A DNA stretch of 64,000 nucleotides from positions 1,506,086 through 1,570,085 of the forward strand of contig NW_003314284.1 of assembly GCF_000143415.4 (NCBI RefSeq), written 5' to 3'. Of the stretch, positions 12,835 to 26,137 are shown in pieces (the stretch's first letter is position 1; each line of letters starts with the position of its first letter). The translations under genes were made by a program, and so were the position numbers. The notes beneath the pieces were generated by a model. That model was not told where the DNA came from. It saw nothing but the letters and a program-made list of their open reading frames with translations, and searched no databases. The stretch comes from Selaginella moellendorffii (lineage: Eukaryota; Plantae; Lycopodiophyta).

Positions 12835-13894
12835 CTAGCCTTTAAACTGATCCTTGGCGGCTCTCAACGACGCCAGCAGCTCAACCGGATCGCTCTCTCC
12901 CATATGGACTTGGAACTCCTTCACGTTAACACGCATGAAGGGATTGGTCTGGAGCTCCTCTCGGATGGTGGAAGGGACCGTAGGCTTGTCATTCCGACGC
13001 TGCTCTTCCGTCCAGGCAACCTTCTGCTTAAGAGCATCATTGTGGGGATCGACAGACATGGCGAACTTCAAGTTCTTGGCGGTATACTGCAAGGGTGGAT
13101 TCTAAACGCTGAGAGACGGAAAGTATACAAGAAGTGGAAGACAGACCTCGTGTCCGCAGAAGACTCGAGTAGCCGGAGGCAACTCGGCTAGAACTTCGGA
13201 CAGAGAGTGGTACATATCCTGGGCTTTGCCTTCGAAGAACTTGCCACAGCCGGCGACGAACTGCGCAGCGCAAGATTTTAAGACCACAGACAAGGACAAG
13301 TAAGAAAGGAAGTACCAGAGTGTCACCGGTGAAGACGGCAGGATCTCCAGACTTGTGGGTGACAAAGTAGCTGATATGGCCCTTGGTATGGCTACGAATG
13401 CCAAGAGCAGCTCTCAAGAACTAGCATCACAGACGAGAAGAAAAGAGAGGACACTTTACCATGGAGTGTGGAGGGCCTTGATCTTTACATCCTTGGACAG
13501 CTCAAGCTCCGCTCCGTGCTCCAGAGGATCCGTGCAGCCTTCCACATTATCCTTGGCACCACCGAAGACTTTGATCCCTGGGACGAGCTTCTTGATCTCG
13601 TTGTTACCTCCAGCGTGGTCCCTGGTAGAAAAGCTTTCTTGCGGAGGAAAGAATGGAAAGCTAGCTCTACCAGTGCTTGTGGGTGGTGAGAACCATGGTC
13701 ACTTGGGCTCCATGCTTCTTGGCTGCCGATAAAACGCTCTCGGGTTTCACGGGATCAACCGCCGCTGCCTGCTTGCTCGCTCCATCGATTATCCTGATCA
13801 ATCAATCCAGGGAACTTTCGTCAAAGCACTCACTCTCGAGAGCTTACAGATAAGCGTAATTGTCGTCCAAACAAGGCACCGGTATCACCTCCAT
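12835..13894 (-). CDS. GLX2: Glyoxalase II (hydroxyacylglutathione hydrolase), cytosolic type
   Basis: [16 protein letters not shown] start; THKHWDHAGG metallo-beta-lactamase motif; [26 protein letters not shown] and TNPFMRV. Confidence 0.95.
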
Positions 13895-14028
13895 TCTTCC
13901 TTCGTTTGTTCCCAAAGAGGGGTTTTCTCCTTCTCTTGAACGAGTCACGCTAATACAAATGGCACTGCCAGAACATGTCATCTCTTTTCTTAACAACAAA
14001 AAAGTCTTTTACGCGTCACAACTATCTT

Positions 14029-15983
14029 TCACTCTAGTGCGACACGCTCCAGGTCCCCAACCAATTCGTCGAACTGCGAAACCATGGTGTTAAAAGAGAA
14101 AGAGCTAAATTCTTGAGAGCATTACCTTGAGAATGTGGCGGACAAAGATCTCGCTAAAACGCTTGGTAACTTTCGGCTCTGCTATGTGTACAACATCCTG
14201 GACGAAAGAAAAGCAAGAGATTTGAGCTCCCTGATGAGTGAGAATCAAGCAAGCAAGCAAATCCCAACCTCGTCAATGTAGAACTCGACGTCCGCGGTAG
14301 ATGCTACGCTGCCATCGTCGTCAATGTAGTGAGTCTTGTGCTTGTAAGTCATCAAAGCCATCCTGCCAAGTTTTTAAGTGCTGAGAACGCAAGAAGATAA
14401 ACGAAATACAAGCTACCTCAGCGTGGCTTCGTCTACCTCCACAAGCGAGGCTAGCTTTGCAATAGATATCGTGGTGTAAAGCTTCACGTAGTTTCTGATC
14501 TTGTTCAGGAGCTGCTGCTGTCGGACTTCAGATAGAAAGAGCTTCAGCTGCAGCCTGTATGCTTCCTGTGGATTCCAGGTGCCCGCTTAGAACTGAAAAG
14601 ATACGAAAAAAGGACACACTTACCTGGCTGTAGTTTCCAGAGGTGTCACTCAAGTCAGGTAGCGATGGAGAGATAAACTTCGGGCAAGCGTACGAGAAAC
14701 ACTCGTCGAAAGCGGCCTCGTCGTTCTTGTGCATCTTGGATAACTTCTCCCCACGCTTCTCCTTAAGCTGGTGAGTCACGGTCTCATTCCTCTGAGAATC
14801 GCTCCTCGCATTCTCGGACTCTACGAGGTGCCACTGGGGGCAGAACCACAGGCAGATCGCAAGCAACGCGTACATCTGCTCGTTCTTCTTGAGGATCCAT
14901 TCAAACTGCGACGACTTCTGGTGGTACTGCCTCGTCTTGGAGATGTACACAAGCACCTGGTTAAAAGTCTTGATAGCATCGATGTACCTTGGTAGCAAAA
15001 GAAAGGTTTTATCAGCGAGGAGAGCTCACGCTCGAAAAACTCACCTCAGCATCATCATGTTCGAAAACCCGTAGTAGTACGCCGCGGTAATGTGGCAGCC
15101 GATCACAGAGCTGTATACTCCGTGCTGCGTGAGATCAATATGAGCGAGGCGCTTGAGAGCCGTGTGGTAATCCCCAAGCAAGCAGTGCACCCGCGCAAGC
15201 CCAATGATACTAAAGTATCCCAAGACCTTGAGGACGTTGCTGCCACCCTCGTAGTCATATCCATCGTTGGCACTGAAGGCCGTCACCGCCCCGTCCTTCT
15301 CCTCCTCCAGGACTTGCAGAATCTCCGACTTGTCAATCAGAGCCTGGAGGAAATTCGCCACACCATAGACATTCCACACCTGCGAGAACAAAACCGAGAA
15401 GGAAGAAATCAGTGACAGAGTGAGGAAAGCTTCTTTGCTTCCAGACCTGCTCGTCGTACTGCTTGAGCCAGCTTAGCTCCTGCTCGGTCTTGTTCTTGAG
15501 CTTGGTCCGGTACTGGCAAAACGCCTGGAACTGATAGATGAACTCGTCCACCATGTCCCAGAGCCACTGGTTGGGCAGCTGCATATTCACGTTTCCATGG
15601 AGGATGACCGTGAAGAGGTTGCAGTAATTGTCCCAGGATTCCAGCCTCTCCTGGAAGGTGACATTGAGCTTGGCGTAGACGTGCCTGTAGTACATCTCCT
15701 TGTAGAGGAGGCAAAAGACGTGATCGTTGTCGACGTAGGGCGCCACGAGCTCCGCCGAGGGCCAGTGCGACTTGGAGAAGAAGCGCTCGCTCAGCTTGCT
15801 AAAGCTGCTCTCATACATTTGGTGTACCTCGTAGACATTCTTCTCGCGGATGCTGCGGTAGAGGTACCCGACGAAGGACTTGACATAGTCGGGGACGTAA
15901 TCGGGCGGGTGCGCGTCGTCTGGCCGCTCGTCGTAAGAGTCCTCGTAGCCGCCATAGCCATCGCGCTCGTACCCAGCCGCCAT
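14029..15983 (-). CDS. eIF3L: Eukaryotic translation initiation factor 3 subunit L
   Basis: LYKEMYYRHVYA, LPNQWLWDMVDEFIYQFQ, LGYFSIIGLARVHCLLGDY, FSYACPKFISP and KLYTTISIAKLA. Confidence 0.95.
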
Positions 15984-16149
15984 TGCCCGCCCGCCCACCT
16001 TGCCCTGTGCCCTATCCACGCCTAGGGTTTACAGATTTACATTAAATGATAAATACGTTAGTATAGGAAGGATGCTTGAAAATTGACCAACCCTGTCTTG
16101 GAGTGTCTCAAACTACCTCCCTGATTGTATAGTAGAATACCCCACAAAT

Positions 16150-18400
16150 GCATACCCTAGTGTTCGTTCCCACTTCCGTAGAGAGAGGAAGCTCATAAAC
16201 TGGTTTACCGATCTGATGTGAGATCAATGCTCACTATGAATTGAACAGCTATGATGATCAGCTTCCCATTTCGTCATCACTCCATCAGCATCTGAAAAGT
16301 TTATGTTTCCAAGGTTGAAAGTAAGTTGGAAGGAAGCCTTTATTGTTCTGGATGACGCTTGCCAGCACATTTTTCTCAAGTCCAGGTACTCATCCGCTCA
16401 ACTTTTCCAATCCTACTACACTTCGGCTGTATAAATTCTCTTGACAAAGCTTGAGCAATATCTTATACCTCCTTCAGCGTCTAAGAAAGCCGTGTCCAAC
16501 TTCGTCAGTCTTGCATTCCCCGTTGAGCTATCCAGCCAGCTCATCATACTGGGCAAACTTCCTAACCACTTCATCCCAGCTATTGTCCTTCGCAAGAATG
16601 TCGTGAAAGTTTAAAGGGGGAGCGCATAAAAGCCTCCTTTTCTACTTCCTGTGACAACTGCTCACAACAGGTACAAAGCGCCTCAAGAAACAATGGTACA
16701 TATCTGTCAACTCAGATAGTTGCTTGTCAGACTTCTATGCATTGCTGTATAGATTGAGTTACTTGCGTTGCTGTATAGATGTGTATGGAACGTTTGGAGG
16801 TGCTGTATGCCCTGTATTTCGGCGAGTTTGCTCTCATGAAATTCCCCATTCTGTTGATCGTCCTTGTAAACAATTGCTAATGGGGAAATAAAGTGAAACC
16901 TAAAAAACCCTAATGCGGGGGCGGGAAAATTGGCCATATGGCCAACACGGTACACGTAGCAGATATTGCCACATCATCGATAGTCTAATTCTTGTGGGGA
17001 GGAATCTCCGCCCCATGGGATGGACGCCGCTGCGCGTGCGAGTCCTTGATGGGCTGCCGCGTGATGCCCGATCAAGTGGCGTCGGCCCTTGATTATGGAG
17101 CCATAACCTTGACAAAAAACCAAGAACATCTATATGATCATAGACAAAAGAGAGAACTTGAAGAAGAACATCCCTGTGGACCAAGTTGTTCTGGCGAGGC
17201 GCTGCTAAAGGGTTTGGATCGAGCATCTGGCCAGCGTCTGGCGAGCCGGGAACGCATGGGAATTGATGTCCGAATGGAAAGTGGCTATAGCTTTGTCTCA
17301 CACTGGAAGGTTCTGCGCCGGCTGTGGACACCTGAAGACGCTCGCGCTGTTTCGTGATCCATCGCGATGAAACTACGTGCTCGACAACCTCAGTGGCTAC
17401 TTACAAGATGATGGCTGTGTGAGCATGATTGACGCAAAGAGTTTCACGTACGGGGCCCGAGTATTGAGATGGAGTCCTTACGTGCCGGAGATGAGCCAGT
17501 GTAAAGGTGACGTTTTGCCATTTTAGCGCTTCCACCATCCCGGTCCCTCTTGAAGGTGTCTCCTATAAAGTCACAAGTAACGATCTTATCGTTGAAGTGA
17601 CGCTCTTCGTAAGCAGCAGTTTCTTGCACGTCTCCCTCATGAAACGAGTCATAGCCTTGCTCATTCACGCCCAGGATCCTTTTGTCGAGGCTGTTCTTGA
17701 GAGGCTGCCGGCGACCAAGATACGATGTGCAAAGGAACTTTCACCAGTATCATGTCTAGAGTCCGGGTTCGTTGAGATCCACTCCCTCGTTGTCCAGGAA
17801 GTAGAACAATGGAAGAAGCCCTTTCTGGAGAATCTGCCTCCTCCCTGGAAGCCACGAGTAGTGTGCGCATCTATCTAGAACTTTGCAAGCGCACCTCCAC
17901 GGCCAGGCGGAGCTCAGCTGGCTAACCACATTTATCACCAAGCTACCTTGAGAGCTGCGTACTTCCAGCGGAATGTAAATGGACGTAATGCGTCGGAGTC
18001 GTGCAGCTGCTTGTTAAATTTGTGTTGCAAAGCCCATAGCTGCTGGAGGCTGTAGTCCTCAAAGGCTTTGGGTGGCATGCCCGTCTAGATACATTCCAGG
18101 AAGCATCAACAGTCATACGCCACGCTCCTGGCTTCCATCCGGTGCTTCTCGTTAAACTTACTCATAAAACTGGCGGTTTTCTTTTTTTACTTGTTGGGTA
18201 TGAATTACTGGTACGCATCTTACGCGACTCGGAGAGGCATCATCAAATCTGTCGAGTTTTTGTGGCACGCCAACTGGGACCATCACCCTCGACCACAGCA
18301 CGTCTGCAAAGTCATGTGACGGCTCTCCGCTCCCCAGCTCCTTCTTCGACATCGTCACCTCCTCCGCGGGCCTGGTGCTCATCTGCAGCCGTCGTGCCCT
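16150..18400. pseudogene. Unidentified decayed coding fragments
   Basis: Coding-like composition, exon-like blocks, frequent stops and frameshifts (e.g. minus-strand LPLFYFLDNEGVDLNEPGL). No family recognised. Confidence 0.3.
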
Positions 18401-18417
18401 AAATTTAATCAATAAAT

Positions 18418-18566
18418 AAAAGGAGTGATCAGTTTGAAGGTCCCTCCTCTTCCAGGGTTTCGATCCTGGGATTCGGCTCTATAGGACTATCCCATCTCCC
18501 TGGGCTTACCACTACCCCTAGGGTTGATCACTTGAAACATATTGTTTTTTGATTCACTATGAAGTG
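18418..18566 (-). repeat. Copy 1 of a ~150 bp repeat with Pol III A/B-box-like motifs (SINE-like or ncRNA)
   Basis: Near-identical to 20154-20306. Minus strand has TAGGGGTAGTGGT (A-box-like), CCCAGGATCGAAACCCTGG (B-box/T-arm-like), terminal AGTGATCA/TGATCACT pairing and a 3' CCTTTT. Confidence 0.7.
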
Positions 18567-18699
18567 TAGGCACGCCACGTGGCTTTGCCGCGTGGAAAGC
18601 ACAGTCAGCCAAATGATAGTTTTACTAGGGCTTGGAGTCTCGGCGCCACGGGCAAGGAGCTCGGAGGAAAATGCTGGCCCATTTTGTCCAATGTGTGCC

Positions 18700-19640
18700 G
18701 CTCCTTCGGTGATATCAGCCATGAATCTCCATCCACTTCCAAGGAGAAATCCCCTCCCTGGACTCTAGTAAGTTCCCGTTTGCTACCATGGAGGGATCTT
18801 ACGTTCCATTCAGGTTCTTCGCTTCAAAGCCATCAGTGTTACGATGGATCACACCGAAGTTGCTCCTGGCTATGATACCATTGGCAAGAAGCTACTTGGA
18901 TGCCTTCTAGGAGTTTGCATTAAGCTGGCTCGCAGCAAGATCAAGGTTCTCAAGGACGTGAGTGGCTATGTGATGCCGGGTTCCATGACTCTCGTTCTCA
19001 GTTCGCCAGGTTCGTGACCTTGATTTTCATTGTTTGTGACCTTTTCCTTCTAAACAGGCAGTGGGAAGAGCACTCTCCTCAAGGTAGCATGGTGATTGTT
19101 TGGAGATATGATGCTTTGTTTCGTATGCTACATTGGCTGTTAATTCTACAGACAGTGGTGATAACAGGTGATGTGAGGAAAGCTACGTCCCAACAGACGA
19201 CTCAGTCTGGAGGGTGTTGTGCTTTACAATAACGACCCTTTGTCGTCCAGACTTGCTATAAAGTGGCCGATCACTTATGTGACTCAGCACGAACAACGTG
19301 TAAGTACGTGTTGATGTTTCTCAGCTGGCCTACACTTGCAGGCATTTGTTGTTTTTCACAGTCCGAGAAACTATCGAGTTTGTTCTCTATGGCAGCGTTG
19401 TATGCCACAGTCCGATGCCGCGACTCTTACGAGGACTACATCCTATACATGTTTGGTCTCATAAAGATCGGGTTGGCACTCTTGCTGATGGCATCAAGGA
19501 TGGCGACCGAAACAGACTGGCAACGAGATTGCTATGGGTTCATATCGCTGGTTCAGATTTCACCTGAATTCTTTGATCTTTTCGACCGTGTTATCCTTCT
19601 CAGAGAGCGGTCAAGGCCCACATCAATGACTTCTTGAAGC
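18700..19640 (+). pseudogene. PDR-type ABCG transporter remnant (NBD1 fragment)
   Basis: KIKVLKDVSGYVMPGSMTLVLSSP/GSGKSTLLK (Walker A, split by an intron) and ISLVQISPEFFDLFDRVILL. Large deletions; no transmembrane domains. Confidence 0.75.
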
Positions 19641-20153
19641 TTGGAACATGGTTTTTAACACTTTGTTCCTTTTTTACTTTTGTCTGGCAAGCCTGCTCAC
19701 GTAGACGCCGGAACGTTTCACAGGATATTGCAGCTGGCGAGGGTGGACAGTATCGTAGAGCTTAATAAGTTTTATAAAGCACCATGAAATTTCTTTGTTT
19801 TTGTTTGTGCAGCCCATTGTACCTTGTCCATACTGGCATATTATATTTTGTCTAAAGAACCACCATTCAGTAAGTTGTTACGCTACTCGCAAGCTTTTTC
19901 ACTTTTGAAATCGCTGTCCTGGTTTTTAATATGTTATTCGCAGATGCAGATGAACTTTGAGATAAAGAGTGGCTCACATTCTCACCTATGGATAGAATCA
20001 AAGCGAGAGACAATGAACCAAGAAAATTTAAGAACAGGAAGAGCCCATGCTAGTCTAGCCAGAGAGCCAAAGGAAACTAGGAAGCTTTAGTCGCTGAGGA
20101 TATTTGGTTCATTAACAAAAAGAAACAGAGTTCGAATATTCAATCAAAAAATG

Positions 20154-20306
20154 AAAAGGAGTGATCAGTTTGAAGAGGGTCCCTCCTCTTCCAGGGTCTC
20201 GATCCTGGGATTCGGCTCTATAGGACTATCCCATCTCCCCGGGCTTAACCACTACCCCTAGGGTTGACCACTTGCAACATATTGTTTTTTGATTCATTAT
20301 GAAGTG
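20154..20306 (-). repeat. Copy 2 of the ~150 bp Pol III-like repeat
   Basis: Direct repeat of 18418-18566 with a few substitutions and indels. Confidence 0.7.
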
Positions 20307-20714
20307 GTGATGCATTTCCACCGTTGGAAAATTGGGCGGTTGCGATGCCAACCGTGACATCTTCAACCGCCCAAAATCTCGCTGCAAGCTAGCAGCAATC
20401 GCAAGCTAACTCCCCGTTATGAGTGAGTTTCCCGGACAGGCACGCGTGACTGGCGACCAGATACCCAGATTTGTTCGTGAAAGCGGCTGCTTCAACCGAT
20501 CCTTCTCGTGGGCAGCGAGATCATCGACAGAGCTCTCGATCCATCGCAATTCCTGGGGAGAGCCGCGGATCTGGATTTGGATTCGCTGAGGTCTTGCAGG
20601 AACGCAGCATTTCTCCAGAATGGGTATCAACGATGGGCATGGCAAGAGCGAGTACTCGGTGTGGAGCTTTACTCGCTGCGTGTGTGTTTGAAGCGATGAA
20701 GGAAGAGCGCTGGG

Positions 20715-21335
20715 ATGGACGGCGCTCTTGCCGCGGACCTTGCCTCCGTGCTGCCGCGCGTCCACATCGTCTCCAGGCGCACCGTCCGCAAGAACAAATT
20801 CGCGGATTTCGTTGGTAACTGATTGAGAATGGATCGAAATCTCTTCCTCTCCCAGCCGATTCTTGATTTCCTTTTCAATCATTGTCATTGAAATGTCACT
20901 CCCGATTCCATCCTCTAAATCTCCTGTTTTCTTTGTTTTCCTGTTTCCTGATCGATCAAAAAAATCCCTGAAAAGTTTTTCGGGCTTTCTTGTGACTCCT
21001 CCACAGAAAGCATGGCTAGCTAGCTAACAGTTCTTTCTCTTTTTCTCTCAGGAGAATACTATCTAGATTTGATCGTCAGCTATGGGGCGGTTCCAGTCAT
21101 TGTTCCACGAGTTTCCGGGTTAAACTCGCTCCTCGACAGCTTCGAGCCAATCCACGGGGTGCTACTGTGCGAGGGTGAGGATATCGATCCCTGGATGAGA
21201 TCAAGCAAACGCACACCAGTGACATTCTCATCGACCGGAACAAGGATTTGATATAGCTCCAGCTTGCTCGCTGGTGCCTCGAGAGAAACATTCCATATCT
21301 TGGGATTTGCCACGGTTCCCAGGTACTCAACGTGC
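20715..21335 (+). pseudogene. Class I glutamine amidotransferase (peptidase C26, GAT1_2.1-like) truncated pseudogene
   Basis: [55 protein letters not shown], then a frameshift, an in-frame stop, [15 protein letters not shown] and truncation. Confidence 0.85.
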
Positions 21336-22099
21336 AAGAAAAAGCTTTGTTAGCTTCTTTTGGGAAATAAATAAAAAAACTCAAGTTACCTTCTGTGGTT
21401 CCATAAGCTGAGGAGTCCTTGCTGGTACATCCAAGCACAGGAAAAGAGTAGCGATGTGTGTCTAATGTCCAGCAATGGCCCCTGGGAAGATCAGCAAGAA
21501 AACTCTTTAAAGCTAAGAGCATTGTTTTGATAATCACAAACCATGTACGCAGCCACGTCATATGGATGGAGACGAGGCAAAAAAGAGCTGCTGTCAACCC
21601 ACTGGAACAACTACTGCGTTGTCCTTAGTTGCATCCATCTGTGACCACTCTTGCTAGACCACTGGACAGCAGAGTTGGGGTCACCACCACTCTGGCCTGC
21701 TATAATATGATACCAAGGAAGGAGGATGCCATGTTCTTGTCCACCTGGTGGAGCCTCCACTCGATTTAGCGACCAGACACAATCTCCTGGTCCCAGAAGG
21801 TTTTGAGCAAAGCCAGAAGGTAGTTAAGATTCAAGCCAAGCCCGGGAAGATTGTTGCAAATCTGAAAGCAGTACCTTGTCTTGCAGAACGCATGACAAAT
21901 CTGGTCATGTAGAAAAACTACTTACAGGAGAGAATGCCATGGCAAGTTTCGGACAAAAGCACTGATAAGAAATGAATAGACCTTATATGCCTTGCTGATT
22001 GCATCTTGCAATCCTTGGGATCCTGTTTACTCTAGAAAGGAGGTCAACTTGTTTAGAACTTTAAACCCCTCTTATTTGTGTTGCGAGCAGCAGAACAAG

Positions 22100-24800
22100 C
22101 TTAAGCAATGTTTAATTTCCCCGAAATGTTGTGAATGGCCTCTTTCCATTTTCTTGGATGAAATGTAGATAAGGGAGCATGATAAGGAGTGATTGATGAT
22201 GTATCTTTGAGTTGGTAGCTATGGAGTTTTTTGCTTTGTTTTGAGTATGTTTGAGAGTGAGAGATGTGCTGCCTGCACATCAAAATGGTGACCACAATGG
22301 GATGAGTTGATTCTTAATTAGCCCATCCCATTTCCATTCATTTTCTTTCTTATTTCTTGAGAGTTGTGAGGAATTAGAGCACAACTCTCATTCTCAGTGG
22401 TATAATTCATGTCTAGGGGTGCCCTGAGATGGGTTTTTCTAAGCATGGGATTCATAGCCATTCTTGCAGATTTATTAGCTTCTCTTAATTTTCTTTGGGT
22501 TTTGGGATTCACAACTAAAAATTTTGTTCTAGTGGTTTAGTTTCTTCTTTTTTAATTTTTTAATTTTTTTTTTGGCAAATTGAGTAGATAGTCTTGTAGA
22601 TTTCATCTTTCTCTATTATTTGGCATCACAAATCTGCAAATTTAGTGCAGGAATTGGGACATGCAAGGAGATTTGAAGGGCTCATACAAGACTATATTAT
22701 ACACTCTTTACAAGCCATTATTTTCTCAAATCTTTGTAGATCTGCTCCTAAAATTTCCAAAAAGCTCTTTCTTTCTTGATTCAGTTCATTCCCTTAGAAA
22801 GATTTAGTCATTTTTTTAATTATTGAGGAGTTCTTTCTCTTTATCTTGCGGTTTCTAGGAGTGTTTTCCTTGGATTTTTTTCTTTATTCCTAGAAGAAAT
22901 CTAAAGAAAGCTTTCTTTTAAGTTTTGTGAATTTTGGTATGGTGTGTTAAGAAAAATCTAGCATCATTTCTCTTTTTGTGTTGTCTGTGAGGAGTTTGGA
23001 GCTTTCTCTCCTCTTTTCTACTTAGATTTTATAAGATTTATTTTGTTTGAGAGTTAAAGCAAGCCAATAGCTCATCAAAGAGTTATATCTCATGATTTTT
23101 CATGTTGTGTGTCGAGACATCTAACAACATTTCTCTTCTTGTGTTGTTTATGAGGAGTTTGGAGCTTTTTCACCTTTGTTCTACTTAGAGTTTTTGAGAT
23201 TTTTCTTATTTAAAAGCTAGGGTAGGTCAAGAGCTTTCTAACAAGTTTTATTTCAAGTTTTTAACAAGTTTTGTTTTTAGCTCTAGTTTTTCAATTTTCA
23301 CACTCACTCTAGGAGATGTTCTAGATGTGCTAGTTGAGGCCAAGGTATACAATTTTCTTTAGTTTGTGGCATGATTTGGAATTTGCCATTGTTAGGCATC
23401 TGTGGTTCTTGTTGTGTGAATGAGGAGTAGCTCTTTAGAGTACATGTCTCAAACTATTCACTTATACCAAGCATGAGGATCACAATAGCTGGAAAGGTGG
23501 TAGAGGGTGTATTATTTGACTCTAGCTTTGGGAGCAGTGTCATCTCCCTTCACTAGCTTGGCTTGGACTTCCATGATAGCAATTATGCTAAAGACCTTTG
23601 TAAATCATATCTTCTTCTAGCACTCATATTTATGGTGTGATTGGGATTATGAGGTGGCTTTAGCATCTCATAGTGGAGACTGTATCATCTTTAGTCACAC
23701 TTGGCATAAAGTAGTGGATTGTGAGACAAAATGGCATTTAGGTATTATGATAGGTGGCATTATGCAACTCTTCTCAACAAACATGGTTGGCATCTTCAAT
23801 TTAAGCAATCTAAGGCTATAAACACCTTTGAGACACAGCCACTGAAATATAATAATCATATAATAATTCTTTAGTGGTTTACAGACACAAAGTGTTTATA
23901 TACATGTCCTCCATCATCTAGTAGAGTTTTAGTAAGAGAGACACAATCATCTCCAACTTATAGCAACAATTTTATGAACATATATAGAAGTGGAAGTAAA
24001 GGTTTTCAGTGGCTAGTTGGTGTTCCACAGCACTACTTATTTCCCCATCCACTTCTCTTGACTGCTAGCAACTTCTTATAGCAAAAATCTTTTAGTCTTT
24101 TGCATTTGTTAGGGGGGGGGGGGGTTGTCTATAGGAATTTTTTAAAGGATAGTGGGTAGATCAAGTATGGCTAACCAGTTTAAAACATTGTTTAGCTCCC
24201 CTTAAGCATGTTTGTCCTTGTTTTGTGTTTATCTTGGGTTTAAGCGTAAATTTTATAGCATGTTAGCTAGTGGAATACACACTTAATCTTTGCACAAATG
24301 GATCCCTAGAAACCCATACCTCAAATGCTTTTCTTGAGTTGAAGAATGTCACTTTAGATATTTATGAGCTTCGCATCAATGGGCTAGTAGATAATGGCAT
24401 TGATTATAGCTTGGACTCCATCTCACATGAAGACATTCATCTACTCATCATGGAAAAACTTTGTGGAATTTGCTAGTATTGCCATCTTGTGGAGTTGGCT
24501 AGAGGCATTGCATTTCATCCACAAATTAGAGAGATGTTAAGTTCAAGATTCTATGTGGAAGTTTGAGCTCATAACATTGCTTTTGCTCGGGGCGCTCTCA
24601 GCTGTGGTGTTCATAGTGATGCAGCATGTTGTCAATGTTGGTGTTGAGAGCTAGATCTTGTAGTGTCACTTGTGTGTAGCCGAAACATTGGAGGCTGCTT
24701 AGTTACCGTGGTGTATATTTTAGTTTATTTTATGGTTGATATGCAATAAAATTAATCTTGTATTTATAAATTATAAATATGTTTATAATCTATAATAATA
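22100..24800. mobile_element. Highly decayed AT-rich, CpG-poor element (probable old transposon)
   Basis: No long ORFs, very few CG dinucleotides, and an internal duplication (about 22960-23060 vs 23130-23230). No diagnostic motif found. Confidence 0.35.
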
Positions 24801-25030
24801 AGGAGGAGTTTCTGGGCCACCAGACCTAGCCAATGGCAACCATCCGATGGGGGGTAATTATCAAAGGGTTATATCTTTAACCATGTCTTAGCAAATAATC
24901 ACTGATATTTGCTCTCAACCAATGGGAAGTGGCTAATTGCATGGGGCGAGAGAAGAAGGTGTTGTAACACATGTTGCATATAATGTGTTGACCATAACTA
25001 CATTTGTCAAGTGATGATGGCATCTCTCAC

Positions 25031-26137
25031 ATATGAATGGGAGCGCCCTCCACAATTGCAAGTTTGGAGGCTGTGCAGAAAGCATGATAACAATCCCAAG
25101 TATGTCAAGCTACACTCATATGGACCCCTTGAGTGTGTTTTTGAGATGGAAATTGCACTTAAAGAGAACATGGTTAGTGGTATATCAAGTTCTCTTTTCT
25201 TTTCTTTGGTTATGCTAATAAACTAAATATTTTCTATGCAACTAAGCTATGATGACAAGACAATACCCATTCCTTTCAATAGATGCATTCTTGAGTGGGC
25301 AAATGAGTCCTTCTGTCTATGGTTCTCTACAAAACTTCCAAAAGATTTTAAGTTTTACAACATCTATGGCACTTCATGCAAAACTCCATTCCATGTTTGG
25401 TATATGTTCTTTGTTCTTGATAGCTAACTTTCCATGGTGAATTTTTTCCATTGTTTCCAGCTACAGGAGTGAAAAATGCCCCATAGTTGAGCTCAAGGAA
25501 ATTCTCCATACTGAGGTAATGCAAAGTTCTTTCTTAATGCTTATTCAAAGAAACCTTGGACTTTGCAAGCTGATTGACACAGTACCATTTGAGTCTTCCA
25601 AGGTAACCCTCTATTTTTATCACCCGGTTCTGAACTCTACTTTCTTCATAGGTTGATGGGTTCACTGCAACTGCGAGGCACAGGGTTCCATGCAACCATC
25701 GCAGTCTACTAAGATCAAATGGGGTGTTCCTCCTCTTCAAAGACATCCTGGAGATCAAAGATGAAAAAAAGAAGCTTGCAGTTCATGCTGCCCCATACAA
25801 GTCTGACGAAGTGATCAAGAAACAAGCACACTTTTGTCTCAGTGACACCGCCATCTCCCACAAGAACAGTGCATGGGACGCAAACTCCAAGGACAGCCAA
25901 AACTACAACAGTGGTAGCGAGAGCAAGGACAACACCAAAAACTCAGTAGTGCTCACCATCAACACCTAGGATGCTAGAGCTATACCTTACAAGCCACACA
26001 AAGGATTCAAGCTCCATCACCTCAGCATTTCTGTTGCTGGTGTTGCAAAAGGAAGTGATCAAGAAAAGGCTGCCATCACAGTGGAGATAACTATGGCTTC
26101 CACCATTGCCAAGCTCATAACATTGTACAATATGTAA
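25031..26137 (+). pseudogene. LCAT3/LCAT4-like phospholipase 3' fragment
   Basis: YEWERPPQLQVWR, IPIPFNRCILEWANE..KLPKDFKFYNIYGTSCKTPFHV and DGFTATARHRVPCNHRSLL. No 5' half, damaged exon junctions and an in-frame TAG at 25967-25969. Confidence 0.8.

Noticed and set aside
18418-20306. LTR pair of a TRIM/LTR retroelement, or CRISPR-like repeats
   Set aside because: No clean TG...CA termini, PBS/PPT or TSD were seen. There are only two long copies, in a eukaryotic context.
21340-22100. Possible retroelement integrase remnant after the GAT pseudogene
   Set aside because: No HHCC, DDE or RT motif could be read in any frame.
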